From positions 2,528,001-2,592,000 of the forward strand of contig JAXHMG010000003.1 in NCBI GenBank assembly GCA_034521595.1: a stretch of DNA of 64,000 nt, read 5' to 3'. Positions within the stretch are counted from its first letter, which is position 1, and each line of letters opens with the position of its first letter. Below are positions 29,515-40,353 of the stretch, piece after piece. A program made the translations under genes and the position numbers. The notes beneath the pieces were generated by a model. That model worked only from the letters and a program-made list of their open reading frames with translations. It did not search any database and had not been told where the DNA came from. This stretch comes from Gemmatimonadota bacterium (GTDB lineage: Bacteria > Gemmatimonadota > Gemmatimonadetes > Longimicrobiales > Gaopeijiaceae).

Positions 29515-31380
29515 TCAATCCGCGATCGGGGCGTCCTCTCCGAACTGCGCCCAGTAGAGATCCCGGAACGCTCCACCGCGCTCGAGCAGCTCGTCCCATG
29601 TCCCCTGCTCCACGATCCGTCCTTCCCGCATGACCAGGATGCGGTCCGCGTCCCGGATGGTGGAGAGCCTGTGCGCGATCACGAGCAGGGTCCGTCCCTT
29701 GGCCCGTTGCTGAATGGCCCGGGCGACCCGCTGCTCGACGACGCTGTCCAGCGCGGACGTGGCCTCGTCCAGAATGAGGATCTGCGGATCGCGGAGCAAC
29801 GCCCGAGCGAGCGCCACCCGCTGTCGCTGCCCACCGGAGAGTCGAACGCCCCGGTCGCCGAGCTCGGTGTCGAGTCCGTCCGGCAGCGAGGTGAGGAACT
29901 CGCCGAGCTCCACGTCCTCGAGCGCCCGTACCAGCTCGACTTCGGGCACCGCCCGGTCGAGCCCGAAGGCAAGGTTCTCCCGCAGCGTCCGATTGAGCAG
30001 CCACACGTCCTGACTCACGATCGCCATGGTGTGGTGGAGCGAAGGAAGCGAGAGTTCACGGATATCCACGTCGTCGATGAAGATCGTGCCCGGCTCACAA
30101 TCGTAGAACCGGGCGACGAGATCGGCGAAGGTCGTCTTGCCCGCGCCGCTGGGCCCTACGACCGCGGTGACCTTCCCGGCCTCGATCTCGGTATGGATGT
30201 CCTTGAGGGTGTCCTCACCCTCCTGGTACCGGAACGAAAGCCCCCGCACCGAGATGCCCCGCTCGAGCCGCTCGAACGAACGGGACCCGCTCGGCACGAT
30301 GAACTTACCCTCGTCGACGAAGAGCCCGGCGACGGCGTCGAGCCGGGGGATCTCCTCCGCCACTTTGACGCTGAAATGACTGAGGTACTTGTAGTCCGGA
30401 AGCGCCTGCTGGAGGATGAGCAGGAAGGCGCCGAACGCCGCGAGATCGCCCGGCCGGAAATCGCCGGCGAGGTAGATCACCACCCCCTGGACGATCAGCA
30501 TGACGACGAGGATCAGGATCTCTTCGAGCGGATACCTAAGGCTGACGACCCGGTCCCGCCGCACCGCCACGTCCTGAGCCTGCCGGAGGGCCTCGGTATA
30601 CGCGTGAGACGCGGTCCGCTCCTGCGAATAGGCCTTCACCAGCGGGATCGACCCGAGGATGTCCAGAATACGGGAGCGGAGCCGTCGATCCACCTCGATG
30701 GCCTCCCTGGAGATGCGCTGCGCGGCCCGATTGATGATGCGCATCAGCACCTGGACGACCGGAAGCATCACGATGAACGCGATGGAGAGCGGCAGCGAGA
30801 TGGCCACCATGACCCCCGCCTTCACGACGAGGCCGACCGCGTACCGGAACAGCTCTTCGCCCGCTTCGAGTAGGCCGAGCACGGAGCTCGCCCACCCGAT
30901 CTCGGCATCGATATGCCCGATCGAGTGCTGGTCGAAGTATTGGCGGCCGAAGCCGAGAACGCGACCGAACGTCTCGTCGTTCACCGCCACCCGGTACCGC
31001 TCGTTCCGAGCCACGACGTACAGCTTGCGCCCGTAGTCCACCACGAGCTTGCCGATCCGCCCGAGGATGATCAGACCGACCGTGATGACGACGAGGTACG
31101 CGTCTCGCGAGGGACTGTCCGCCACGCGCTCGGGCAGCAAGGCGATCATCCAACCGAAGACCCGCGACTCGTCGAGGAAATCGAAGGAGTTCTCTGCAAC
31201 GGCGTCCGTGAGCGGCACGAGGAGGGAATACGACGCCGCCTCGAAGCCACCCGCCAAGAGCACGAGCAGGATCGGGAAGACGAGCTCCCGGACGCGCACT
31301 CCCGCGACTTGCCAGTAGTGGCGGAGCACCCCCTTCGCGGTGGGTTCGATCAGGACCGCGTCCCGGGCTTCCGTCGTCAT
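29515..31380 (-). CDS. ABC exporter (fused TMD-NBD, MsbA/PglK-like)
   Basis: N-terminal TMs, GPSGAGKT, LSGGQRQR, LDEATSALD, AHRLST. Confidence 0.92.
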   Translation of the reverse strand: MTTEARDAVLIEPTAKGVLRHYWQVAGVRVRELVFPILLVLLAGGFEAASYSLLVPLTDAVAENSFDFLDESRVFGWMIALLPERVADSPSRDAYLVVITVGLIILGRIGKLVVDYGRKLYVVARNERYRVAVNDETFGRVLGFGRQYFDQHSIGHIDAEIGWASSVLGLLEAGEELFRYAVGLVVKAGVMVAISLPLSIAFIVMLPVVQVLMRIINRAAQRISREAIEVDRRLRSRILDILGSIPLVKAYSQERTASHAYTEALRQAQDVAVRRDRVVSLRYPLEEILILVVMLIVQGVVIYLAGDFRPGDLAAFGAFLLILQQALPDYKYLSHFSVKVAEEIPRLDAVAGLFVDEGKFIVPSGSRSFERLERGISVRGLSFRYQEGEDTLKDIHTEIEAGKVTAVVGPSGAGKTTFADLVARFYDCEPGTIFIDDVDIRELSLPSLHHTMAIVSQDVWLLNRTLRENLAFGLDRAVPEVELVRALEDVELGEFLTSLPDGLDTELGDRGVRLSGGQRQRVALARALLRDPQILILDEATSALDSVVEQRVARAIQQRAKGRTLLVIAHRLSTIRDADRILVMREGRIVEQGTWDELLERGGAFRDLYWAQFGEDAPIAD

Positions 31381-34300
31381 CGCGCCGCTTCCACCAGCGA
31401 CCGGTAAACCGACGCGTACGCACGGGACATCCCCCCGGGAGACAGGGACCGCCGGGCGTGCTCTCGAATATCGGGGGCTCGCTCTTGCCAAGAGTCGCGG
31501 TGAGCCGCCACGTCGGCCAGGGCATCCGCCAGAGCGCGCTCGTTACGGCCGACCGCCTCTGCGGGAGGTGCGCGCACCGTCGCCGGATTCGCCGAAAGGG
31601 CATCGCCAAGAGGGTTGGGCACAAGCCGACCACGTGCCTCGATGCCCCCGACCAACTCCCGGCTACCCCCGCAGTCGCTCAGCACCAGGGGGAGGCCCAC
31701 CCAAGCCGCCTCGGACGCCGCCACGCTCCACCCCTCGAAGAACGAATCGGAGACGTACGCGTCGGCGGCCGACAGAAACGCTCCGACGTGGGGAACCGGT
31801 GGAAGCGCTCGGATGGTCCCGTCTCTGAAGAGCCGAGGAGCCGCGCCGCGCACCTCGCGAAAGTACGGGCGCTCGGCCCTGGGGCCCGCGAGGATGAGCC
31901 GTGCCCTCGGCACCGATCGAGCGACCTCCGAGAACGCTCGCACCAGGCCGACGAGGTTCTTCTGACGGGCCATCCGGCCGTGGTGGACGAACACGACCTG
32001 GCTCGCATCCAGACCCAGCGCAGCCCGGGCCCAGGCGCGAGGAACGGCGGCGGCGCGAGCCGGATCCACCGTGTTCGGAATACGGTGCGGCGTGGGCTCG
32101 GATCCGGTGTGCGCCGCGTAGTATTCGGCCACGACGTCGCTCACGGCCACCGTTCCGGCCAGCATCGCGAGCTTGTCCCGTTCGGCCGCCCAGGCGTCTT
32201 CGTCGAACCAGGCATAGGTGTTCTGGACGGTCTCGACGATGGGTGTGCCGAACTCGGACATGACCTCCACCACCTCCCGGGACGCGAAATGCGTCGAAAC
32301 GACCATCGGAGCTACGGTGCGCATCCATGCCCGCCACGTCGAGGAGCGCCCGTCCCCGACCCGGACGGACACACCGGCATCCGACAGGCGCCGAGCGACG
32401 GCCCCTCCTTCGTGCGTGCACAGCACGTGGGGAGAGACCCCGAAGGCGGGCAACGTTCGGGCCAACAACGCGACGGTTTCCTCCAGACCGCCGAGGCCGA
32501 GCGACCGGACGACCAGACCGACCCGAAGCGGAGCGTCAGGATGGTTCAGGCCGGACGGCCGGGGAGGAGAGAGCCTCCCCTTCGCTCCGTCGCCGCCGGT
32601 CCCGGTCGTGCGACCTTCGACCTCGTCGGAGGTCGTCGGACGGAGGGCCCGCGTTTGCGAGATCGCGCGCGCCAACGCACCTCGTCGCCGCCAGCCCTCG
32701 ATCCGGCGCTCGATCCGGCCCAGCGGCGCACGGAGCTCGCGCACCACCGAGCGGCGCTCGGCCAGCGCCCGCTCGGTGCTTTCCGATATCGTGTTCGCAC
32801 CGTGTACCCTGTAGTCGACATCCACCATCGACGGTTCGAAGACGACCCGGTCCGGGCACAGCTCGAGCGCCCGGACCAGGAAGTCCAGATCGTGAACGTA
32901 CCGGTGATCACGGAATCCCCCCAGCGCACGCCAGAGCGCGCGGTGAAGGAAGAAGTTCGAAGTGGTCACGGCCACGTTGTGTCGGAGCACCATGCGCCGC
33001 AGCGAGCGTTCGCGTCGAGCTTCGTCGAGCGCCGACCGGTACCACTCAACCCTCGGGTCCTCCTCACTCAAAGGCATCCCGGCCTCGTCGACCCAGCGTA
33101 CCCCTCCGATTACGAGGGCCGCCTCGGACGCGCGGGCAATCCCCCACGCGTGCTCCAGACGCTCCGGGTGGAACACATCGTCGGAGTTGAGGATCGCCAC
33201 GTAATCACCGTCGCTCAGGGCGATGGCACGGTTGATGGCCTCGTGCGCGCCCTGATTCTCCTGAACCACCACCCGGGTCCGGCCGTCCGCACGCTCCGCC
33301 AGCACCTCCCGCGAGCCGTCCGTGGATCCGTCGTCCACGACGACCAGGTCGTCCGAGGGTAGCGTTTGCGCCCGTACGCTATCGACGGCGTCGCCGATGA
33401 ACGCTTCGTGGTTGTAGGAGGGGATCACCGTGGAGATCACGGCACGCGAACGAGGCCATCCGGTCCGACGTCCGCCCAGGGTGATCGCCGGCGAGCCCGG
33501 CCCCCCGGCCACCTTCTCGGCACGCGCGGCTCCAGCCAATCCCCCGAGCTCCTGGACCCGCCGTGTCCAGGAGTTGGCACGGGCGAAGGCATGCATGCGG
33601 CGACGGTCGTCCTCGTCGATCCGGGCTCGTTCGTACGCCCCCACCGCGCGCACGAACGCGGCATCGTCGTCGACCATGCGCACACCCGGGATCCCCTTCA
33701 AGGGATCCAGGCGCGGCGCGACGACCGGTAGGCCCATCGCGACGAACTCGTATACCTTCAACGGGCTCGTCGCCTGCGTGACGTCGTCCCGTCTCCACGG
33801 GAGAAAAGCCACGTCCGCATGAGCAAGGTACGCGGGCAGGACCACCTGAGGCTTCAAGCCCAGGAACGAGCAGTTCGAAGGCAGCCCATCTCCCTCGTTG
33901 CGGTGGTCCCCGATGAATACGAAGCGCGTGTCGGGCAGCCCTTCCGCCGTGAGCCGCGCCAGATCCCAGTCGAACCAGCCTCCCCAGAGCGCCCCGACGT
34001 ACAGGGCGATGCGTCCCTCCGGAAGATCCACGGGACGCTCGTAGCGCGCCGAGGGATCGAACACACGGCTGTTGAACGCATTCGGAACCAGGTGCACCTC
34101 CCGCTCCGCCATGCGCTCCAGCCGACGCACCAGCTCGGGAGCCGACGCTACGACCACGTCGGCCTCGGCCGCGCACCGCCTCTCGACCTCCCTCCTGTAC
34201 CACCCCTTCCCGAGCTCGGAGTCCCACCGGTCGACACAGTCGTAGATGGTCACCGCGCCGGCCTCGGAGGCTCGCTCCAACACGGGCATCCAGGCCCGAA

Positions 34301-34622
34301 CCGGCACCTGCGTCACGACCGACGACACTCCCTTCTCCCAGAGCTTGGCACGCGCCTCCGCGCCGGAAGGCGCGGTGAACGACTTGAGGGAGGTCTCCAC
34401 CAATCGTGGGCGGGTGAACCGCAACCCCAGATCCACCGTCTCCGTCACCTGTCCATGGCTCACGAACACCACACAATAGCCCTCCTCCAGCAGCTCGAGG
34501 GCGATCTGCGCGCTCCGCTGCCCGCCCCCGGTATCGTGCATGGGGTTGGCCGAGAGGATCAACACGGTTCCGGGCGCACCCGCCGTCGCTGTCGCGATCC
34601 GATCCCTGAGGCTATTCCTCAT
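31377..34622 (-). CDS. Tri-modular glycosyltransferase (GT4-GT2-GT4)
   Basis: GT4 ([17 protein letters not shown]), GT2 (IPSYNH, VDDGSTD, LNSDD), GT4 ([21 protein letters not shown]); start approximate. Confidence 0.88.
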   Translation of the reverse strand: MRNSLRDRIATATAGAPGTVLILSANPMHDTGGGQRSAQIALELLEEGYCVVFVSHGQVTETVDLGLRFTRPRLVETSLKSFTAPSGAEARAKLWEKGVSSVVTQVPVRAWMPVLERASEAGAVTIYDCVDRWDSELGKGWYRREVERRCAAEADVVVASAPELVRRLERMAEREVHLVPNAFNSRVFDPSARYERPVDLPEGRIALYVGALWGGWFDWDLARLTAEGLPDTRFVFIGDHRNEGDGLPSNCSFLGLKPQVVLPAYLAHADVAFLPWRRDDVTQATSPLKVYEFVAMGLPVVAPRLDPLKGIPGVRMVDDDAAFVRAVGAYERARIDEDDRRRMHAFARANSWTRRVQELGGLAGAARAEKVAGGPGSPAITLGGRRTGWPRSRAVISTVIPSYNHEAFIGDAVDSVRAQTLPSDDLVVVDDGSTDGSREVLAERADGRTRVVVQENQGAHEAINRAIALSDGDYVAILNSDDVFHPERLEHAWGIARASEAALVIGGVRWVDEAGMPLSEEDPRVEWYRSALDEARRERSLRRMVLRHNVAVTTSNFFLHRALWRALGGFRDHRYVHDLDFLVRALELCPDRVVFEPSMVDVDYRVHGANTISESTERALAERRSVVRELRAPLGRIERRIEGWRRRGALARAISQTRALRPTTSDEVEGRTTGTGGDGAKGRLSPPRPSGLNHPDAPLRVGLVVRSLGLGGLEETVALLARTLPAFGVSPHVLCTHEGGAVARRLSDAGVSVRVGDGRSSTWRAWMRTVAPMVVSTHFASREVVEVMSEFGTPIVETVQNTYAWFDEDAWAAERDKLAMLAGTVAVSDVVAEYYAAHTGSEPTPHRIPNTVDPARAAAVPRAWARAALGLDASQVVFVHHGRMARQKNLVGLVRAFSEVARSVPRARLILAGPRAERPYFREVRGAAPRLFRDGTIRALPPVPHVGAFLSAADAYVSDSFFEGWSVAASEAAWVGLPLVLSDCGGSRELVGGIEARGRLVPNPLGDALSANPATVRAPPAEAVGRNERALADALADVAAHRDSWQERAPDIREHARRSLSPGGMSRAYASVYRSLVEAAR

Positions 34623-34897
34623 CGGGCGCGGATCCATTCCGCCGAGAGAGAGCAGGACGTGAGGCAGGTACCAAGCATTCCGATCCGGGAAGGTGGGCAG
34701 GAGCTCCAGAGCCTCGGGCGACACGGGACGGCGGGCTCGGGAGCGGCCACAAACATGGCCGCACGTGCCTCCGCCTTCCAGGGCCGGCCGATCGGCCCCG
34801 CGCCACGACGTTGGCGGGAGAGCGACGGGGCTACCCTCGTCGCCCGGGCAAGGCCAAGCTAGGGGACGTTTCACCCTCCTCTCCACCCCTTGCGTCC

Positions 34898-36133
34898 ATG
34901 AACATCCTCGTACTCAACGCTGGCTCTTCCACGCTCAAGTTCGAGCTCGTACGGACCGACACCGAGCACATGCGCACGGATACGGACCGCAAGCTCGCGC
35001 TCGGCACGATAGAGCGGATCGGCGGAGAAGCCGTGCTCCACCTCACCGATGGGGAAGGGGTCAGGACGGTCGACACCGCGACGCTGACGGACCTCCGAGC
35101 AGCGGTCGACTGGATCCTGCGCTGGCTCGCCTCCGATCGCTCGCGCATCGACGTGTCGGCCGTATCGGACATCGGAGCGGTAGGACACCGCGTCGTACAC
35201 GGGGGTGAGATCTTCCGCTCATCCGTGCTCGTCGACGACGGAGTGCTCGAGCGCCTCCAGGACTTGATCCCGGTCGCACCGCTCCACAATCCGTACAACA
35301 TCCAGGGAATCCGAGCCGTGAGAGAGGTGCTGGGCTCCGGCATTCCCCAGGTGGCGGTCTTCGACACGGCGTTTCACGCCTCGATCCCCGAGCACGCCTA
35401 CCTCTACGCCATACCCTATTCGCTGTATCGCCGCCACAAGCTCCGGCGGTACGGCTTCCACGGCACGTCGCATCGTTACGTGGCCTGGCGCTACCGCAAG
35501 CTCACCGGCCTTCCGAAGGAGTCCGTCCGCATCGTCACGCTGCACCTCGGAAACGGCGCCTCCGCATGCGCGATCGATGCCGGTGCGTCGGTGGACACGT
35601 CCATGGGATACACCCCGTTGGAGGGGCTGGTGATGGGCACGCGCTCCGGGGACATCGACCCCGCGCTCCTCGATGTCATCGCCGCGAAGGAGGGGATGAG
35701 CTCCCGGGAGGTCGAGGGCTTGCTCAACGGGCAATCCGGGCTCTTGGGGATCTCGGGGCTCACGCACGACATGCGGGATCTGCTCCGGGAAATCGACGAG
35801 CACGACGACCGCAGGGCACGGCTCGCGATCGAGGTCTTCTGTTATCGTGCGCGCAAATACGTGGGCGCCTACCTCGCCGCGCTCGGAGGTGCGGACGCGG
35901 TGGTCTTCACCGGCGGAATCGGCGCCCGCGCGCCCGTGGTCCGAAGGAAGATCCTCGAAGGATTCGAGTGGGCCGGCCTCGAGCTCGATGAAGAAGCGAA
36001 CACCCGTACGAAGGGCGACCGAACCGGGCTCGTCAGCACGCCCGACAGCCGCCTGGCGGCATGGGTCATCCCCACGGACGAGGAGCTCCTGATCGCACGC
36101 GACACGTGTCGACTCGTCACGGGCACCGCCTAG
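34898..36133 (+). CDS. ackA: Acetate kinase
   Basis: [47 protein letters not shown]. Confidence 0.96.
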   Translation: MNILVLNAGSSTLKFELVRTDTEHMRTDTDRKLALGTIERIGGEAVLHLTDGEGVRTVDTATLTDLRAAVDWILRWLASDRSRIDVSAVSDIGAVGHRVVHGGEIFRSSVLVDDGVLERLQDLIPVAPLHNPYNIQGIRAVREVLGSGIPQVAVFDTAFHASIPEHAYLYAIPYSLYRRHKLRRYGFHGTSHRYVAWRYRKLTGLPKESVRIVTLHLGNGASACAIDAGASVDTSMGYTPLEGLVMGTRSGDIDPALLDVIAAKEGMSSREVEGLLNGQSGLLGISGLTHDMRDLLREIDEHDDRRARLAIEVFCYRARKYVGAYLAALGGADAVVFTGGIGARAPVVRRKILEGFEWAGLELDEEANTRTKGDRTGLVSTPDSRLAAWVIPTDEELLIARDTCRLVTGTA

Positions 36134-36301
36134 CAGCCGCGAACGGCCGCGACGCCTCTTCGGGCACGCACCGCAAAGGGATCGGAACGCCGGCCCCCTC
36201 GGTCGATCCCCGTCGTGCGCGGCGGGGATTGCGCGTGGGCACGGCGGCGCGTAACCCTCGGAAGCTCAGATGCCCGCGACTCAGGACGAGAAGGAGCGTA
36301 C

Positions 36302-37975
36302 ATGACCGGAGCCGAAGCGATCGTGGCCGTTCTGGAGGACGCGGGGGTCGAGGTCGTATTCGGTCTCTGTGGCGACACCTCGCTCCCTTTCTACGACGCC
36401 CTCGCCCGAAGCGACGTCATCGAGCACGTGCTCACCCGCGACGAGCGTAGCGCGTCGTACATGGCGGATGCATATGCCCGGCTGAGTGGACGTGTAGGGA
36501 TCTGCGAGGGACCCAGTGGAGGCGGAGCGACCTACATCGTTCCGGGCGTCGCCGAAGCCAACGGTTCGTCCGTGCCCGTGGTGTGCCTCACGTCCGATGT
36601 CGGCGTCGAGGACCGTGGCAAGGGGACTTTGACCGAGATGGACCAGCGAGCGCTCTTCGCGTCTCTCACGCGAGCCGCGTTCGATCCCGGCAGCGCGGAC
36701 CGCATGGCCGAGGACGTTCGGGACGCGTTCACGGTTGCGACCGGCGGAAGCCTCGGAGCTTGTCACGTCAGCCTTCCACTCGATCTCCAAAGCGCCTCCG
36801 CCGGAACCCGACCGGTCGCGACGAGCGACCGCTACCCCCGGGAGCGGCCCGAGCCCGACCCCGAGGCGATCACCCAGGCCGCGAAGGTCCTTTGTGAATC
36901 CCGCCGGCCGGTGATCGTCGCGGGCGCCGGTGTGCTCCGTTCGGGCGCGTGGGATTCGATCACCCGGCTCGCGGAGACACTCGGAGCGGCCGTCGCCACA
37001 TCGATCTGTGGTAAGGGCGCCATCCCGGAGACGCACCCGCTCTCTCTGGGCGTGATCGGAAGCAACGGCGGACTCTCCTGGCGGCACGACCTCGTGCGGG
37101 ACGCGGACGTGGTCTTCTACGTCGGTGGAGGCACCGGCTCGGTCACGACCGAAAAGTGGTCACTGCCCCCTGCAGGATCGGCTACCGTCCTCCAGCTCGA
37201 CACGGATCACGACCGCCTCGGCCGCAACCACGACCTGGCGGCGGGGCTGCTCGGAGACGCTCGGGTCGGGCTCGACTCGTTGATCGAGGCCGTGAACCGG
37301 GAAGGCGGCGGCGGAGCGGGAAGCCGCTTCGATCCCGAAGCCATCCGAGCCGGCAAGGCCCGCCACCGGGGGCGGACCGAAGAGCTCTTCGCATCCCCGG
37401 AAGTCCCGATCCGCCCCGAACGCCTCATGAGCGAGCTGTTCGATGCGTTGCCCCCACGGTCGGTCGTGCTCGCAGACCCCGGCACGCCGTGTCCCTACGT
37501 GTCGGCCTACTGGGAGCTTCCGGAAGCCGGACGTTGGTTCGTAAGCCCCCGTGCGTTCGGAGCGCTGGGCTATGCTTTACCGGCCGTGGTCGGTGCATGG
37601 TACGCGCGGCCGGATGCCGGGCAGATCGTGGGCGTCATGGGTGACGGCTCGTTCGGAATCTCGGTGGGGGAGCTCGAGACGCTGGTCCGCCTCCAGGTTC
37701 CCGCGGTGCTGATCGTATGTAACAACGCAGGGTACGGTTGGATCAAGGCGGGACAGAAGTCCCGGGGTGACCGCTACCATGCGGTCGACTTCGGTCGATC
37801 CGACCATGCCGCCATCGCACGCGCCTATGGAATGGAAGCCGTCCGGGTGGAAGACCCGGCGGAGCTGGAGGGCGCGCTGCGTGCGGCCATCGGGCACGCG
37901 GGCCCCTGCTTGGTCGATGTCGTGACACAGCCGCTCGAAGAGGCTCGGGCGCCCGTGTCCAAGTGGATCGCATGA
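36302..37975 (+). CDS. Thiamine-diphosphate enzyme, acetolactate synthase large-subunit superfamily
   Basis: RDERSASYMADAYAR, GDGSF...NN ThDP motif; substrate unknown. Confidence 0.85.
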   Translation: MTGAEAIVAVLEDAGVEVVFGLCGDTSLPFYDALARSDVIEHVLTRDERSASYMADAYARLSGRVGICEGPSGGGATYIVPGVAEANGSSVPVVCLTSDVGVEDRGKGTLTEMDQRALFASLTRAAFDPGSADRMAEDVRDAFTVATGGSLGACHVSLPLDLQSASAGTRPVATSDRYPRERPEPDPEAITQAAKVLCESRRPVIVAGAGVLRSGAWDSITRLAETLGAAVATSICGKGAIPETHPLSLGVIGSNGGLSWRHDLVRDADVVFYVGGGTGSVTTEKWSLPPAGSATVLQLDTDHDRLGRNHDLAAGLLGDARVGLDSLIEAVNREGGGGAGSRFDPEAIRAGKARHRGRTEELFASPEVPIRPERLMSELFDALPPRSVVLADPGTPCPYVSAYWELPEAGRWFVSPRAFGALGYALPAVVGAWYARPDAGQIVGVMGDGSFGISVGELETLVRLQVPAVLIVCNNAGYGWIKAGQKSRGDRYHAVDFGRSDHAAIARAYGMEAVRVEDPAELEGALRAAIGHAGPCLVDVVTQPLEEARAPVSKWIA

Positions 37976-38091
37976 AGCGCGACGAGCCGAGGGCGGGCCA
38001 CCGATGGATCCTAGGGCGAGGATCGGGCCTATAAGGGTATCGGGACGCGTCACCACTCGCCGGCGCGGCACGAACAACGCAGAACGAGGTC

Positions 38092-38508
38092 ATGACCATG
38101 CGAGCTCTTGCACCGGCCACCCTGTTTCGGAGCTCTCTCGTCCTGGTCTCACTGCTCGGCGTCGGCGCTTGCGGGCTCACGACGAGCTCGCACAACCCTT
38201 TCGACGGCAGCCTCGAGCAGGAGCAGGAAGACCGGCTGCGGATCCAGATCCAGAACATGAACTTCAACGACGTCACCATCTACGCCGTGTCGGCAGGCCA
38301 GCGGGAACGGCTCGGCAACGTGACCGGGAAGACGGATCGGAACTTCCGGCTGCGGTGGAATTACGCCAACCCGATCTCGTTCGAGATCGACGTCGTCGGC
38401 GGGTCCGGGTGTGACACGAATCCGCTCGCCGTCGAACCGGGTGCTCGGGTCTGGGTCCAGATTCCCAACCAAGTGAGGTCTTCGGGATGCCGCTCCGGAC
38501 GAGCCTGA
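38092..38508 (+). CDS. Lipoprotein of unknown function (paralogue 1)
   Basis: Lipobox VGAC after a hydrophobic stretch; beta-rich domain homologous to the next gene. Confidence 0.75.
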   Translation: MTMRALAPATLFRSSLVLVSLLGVGACGLTTSSHNPFDGSLEQEQEDRLRIQIQNMNFNDVTIYAVSAGQRERLGNVTGKTDRNFRLRWNYANPISFEIDVVGGSGCDTNPLAVEPGARVWVQIPNQVRSSGCRSGRA

Positions 38509-39146
38509 CCGCGCTAGCAGCCCGTGGTAGAAGTCTGGTGGCCCGCGTTGGGAGCGCCACGGCCCGTGCTCCTATGGCGGAGCCCCGAAGGCATAGCCGT
38601 AGCTACGTCGAGGGGCTCCAACGACGGAGCGGGGGCCGTGCCGCCCCAACCCGGAGGGCACGAGGGGATTGCGGCCGCATGCGGCGTTGGCTCCTTTCGC
38701 CGATGCTGCAGCATCGCCTTCAAGAAGCCGCCTTGCCTGCGACACGCAAGACCCTCGTGCGCGGACCACCAAACTTCTACCACGGGCTGCTAGCATTCGC
38801 CCTCCTGGCGAGCGGGTGCGCCGGAGGCGGCATGTCGACTTCGGACGGCCCCTTCGCGGCCGCGAGCGACGGTCCCCGGACGGTGAGCATCCACGTGCGG
38901 AACCTCAACTTCAGCGAGGCGCGCCTCTGGGCCGTGAGCCGTGGCGGGCGTCAGCGATTGGGTGTGATCGACGGAAAAGCCGACGCGGTGTACCGCATCA
39001 CCTGGACCGTGTCCCAACCGATGCAGATCGAGATCGACCTGCTCGCCGGCCCCCGCTGCATGACGGAGCCGATGCAGGTGGATCCCGGCGACGATCTCGA
39101 GCTCCAGATCCAGATGGACTTCTCCCGTCAGCCGGGATGTCGCTGA
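38487..39146 (+). CDS. Lipoprotein of unknown function (paralogue 2) carrying an in-frame MITE in its signal peptide
   Basis: Removing 276 bp restores MPLRTSLTALAFALLASGC; mature domain aligns with paralogue 1. Confidence 0.75.
   Translation: MPLRTSLTALAARGRSLVARVGSATARAPMAEPRRHSRSYVEGLQRRSGGRAAPTRRARGDCGRMRRWLLSPMLQHRLQEAALPATRKTLVRGPPNFYHGLLAFALLASGCAGGGMSTSDGPFAAASDGPRTVSIHVRNLNFSEARLWAVSRGGRQRLGVIDGKADAVYRITWTVSQPMQIEIDLLAGPRCMTEPMQVDPGDDLELQIQMDFSRQPGCR
38514..38793. mobile_element. Non-autonomous MITE, copy A
   Basis: 30-bp terminal inverted repeats (CAGCCCGTGGTAGAAGTCTGGTGG..., 2 mismatches) flanked by CTAG at 38514 and 38790; homologous to 51041-51317. Confidence 0.9.
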
Positions 39147-39177
39147 CCCGGACGCCCGGGCCGCGACCGCCGGCCCG

Positions 39178-40353
39178 TCAGTACAGAAGGAAGGGCTCCA
39201 CAGCGCGTGTGAACTCGTCCAGCTCGTCACTCACCCCGGCCATCAACGCCCGCGCATCGGCGCCCGAATCGATTCCCGTCCGCAAGCCGTCATGCCCCCA
39301 CAGGAGATCGATCGGCATCGTCTCCTGCTCGTACTCGTAGGGGGGCGGGCGCCAAGCGAGCATGCTCGGGGCGAGCGCTCGGACGGCCGCCAGGATCTCC
39401 ACGGCGGCGCGCACCGGCTCGAAGCGCTGGGGATCGTCCACGTGGAGCTGCGCCCCCCCGCAAAGACGGCCCGCATGCTTCTGGAAGGTGGGCTCGAAGT
39501 GACATGGGCGGAGGGTCACGCCGTCGCCGAGCCGGGAAGCGAGCCGTGAGACCAGGGCGCGAGGGTCGACGAACGGGGCCCCGAACAGCTCGAAAGGCCG
39601 GGTCGTGCCGCGGCCTTCGGAGAGATTCGTTCCCTCGAGAAGGACCATCCCGGGGTACACCTCACAAGACTCCGGCGTCGGGAGATTCGGGCTCGGCATC
39701 ACCCAGGGAAGGCCCGTGTCCGCCCACCTCATGTCTCGGCGCCAGCCGGTGCAGGGCACGACCTCCAGCCGACATCCGATCGCCCGCTCCTCGTTCAGCC
39801 AGCGCGCGAGCTCCCCGGCCGTGAGGCCGTGCCGGAGCGGCACCGGATGCAGACCCACGAACGACTCGAATCCCGGCTTCAACAGCGGACCTTCCCGCTG
39901 CACGCCCCCGATCGGGTTCGGGCGGTCGAGCACTACGAAACGAACGCCGGCTTCGGCGCAGGCTTCCATCGCCAGCGCCATCGTCCACACGAACGTGTAG
40001 ACCCGAACTCCCACGTCCTGCAGATCGAACACGACCGCATCGAGGCCGTCGAGCATCTCCCGGGTCGGCTTGCGCACCGCGCCGTACAAGGAATGTACCG
40101 GCAGCCCGGTGACGGGATCGTGGTAGCCCGCGGACTCCACCATGTTGTCCTGCTTCTCCCCGCGGGCTCCGTGTTGAGGACCGAACAGGGCCCGGACATT
40201 GAAGCCCGCGTCCACGAGCGCGTCGGCCGTGTGCACCAAATCCGGGGTCACCGAGGCCGGATGCACGATCAACCCCGTGCGCTCCATCCTCAGGTCCCCG
40301 TGCGCTCCGGCCAACACGCGCGAAAGCCCGGGTCGTACGGTCACGGCTCCCAT
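39178..40353 (-). CDS. namZ: Exo-beta-N-acetylmuramidase NamZ (DUF1343)
   Basis: FGPQHG, FDLQDVGVRVYTF, LDRPNP, PSPNLPT, EGTNLSEGRGTT. Confidence 0.9.
   Translation of the reverse strand: MGAVTVRPGLSRVLAGAHGDLRMERTGLIVHPASVTPDLVHTADALVDAGFNVRALFGPQHGARGEKQDNMVESAGYHDPVTGLPVHSLYGAVRKPTREMLDGLDAVVFDLQDVGVRVYTFVWTMALAMEACAEAGVRFVVLDRPNPIGGVQREGPLLKPGFESFVGLHPVPLRHGLTAGELARWLNEERAIGCRLEVVPCTGWRRDMRWADTGLPWVMPSPNLPTPESCEVYPGMVLLEGTNLSEGRGTTRPFELFGAPFVDPRALVSRLASRLGDGVTLRPCHFEPTFQKHAGRLCGGAQLHVDDPQRFEPVRAAVEILAAVRALAPSMLAWRPPPYEYEQETMPIDLLWGHDGLRTGIDSGADARALMAGVSDELDEFTRAVEPFLLY

Noticed and set aside
36131-36138. TAGCAGCC at the ackA stop as another MITE end
   Set aside because: Only an 8-bp match, compatible with chance
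38514-38793. 89-aa MVEVWW...TSTTGC ORFs on both strands as genes or a toxin-antitoxin pair
   Set aside because: They are products of the terminal inverted repeats; no ribosome-binding site or transposase motif
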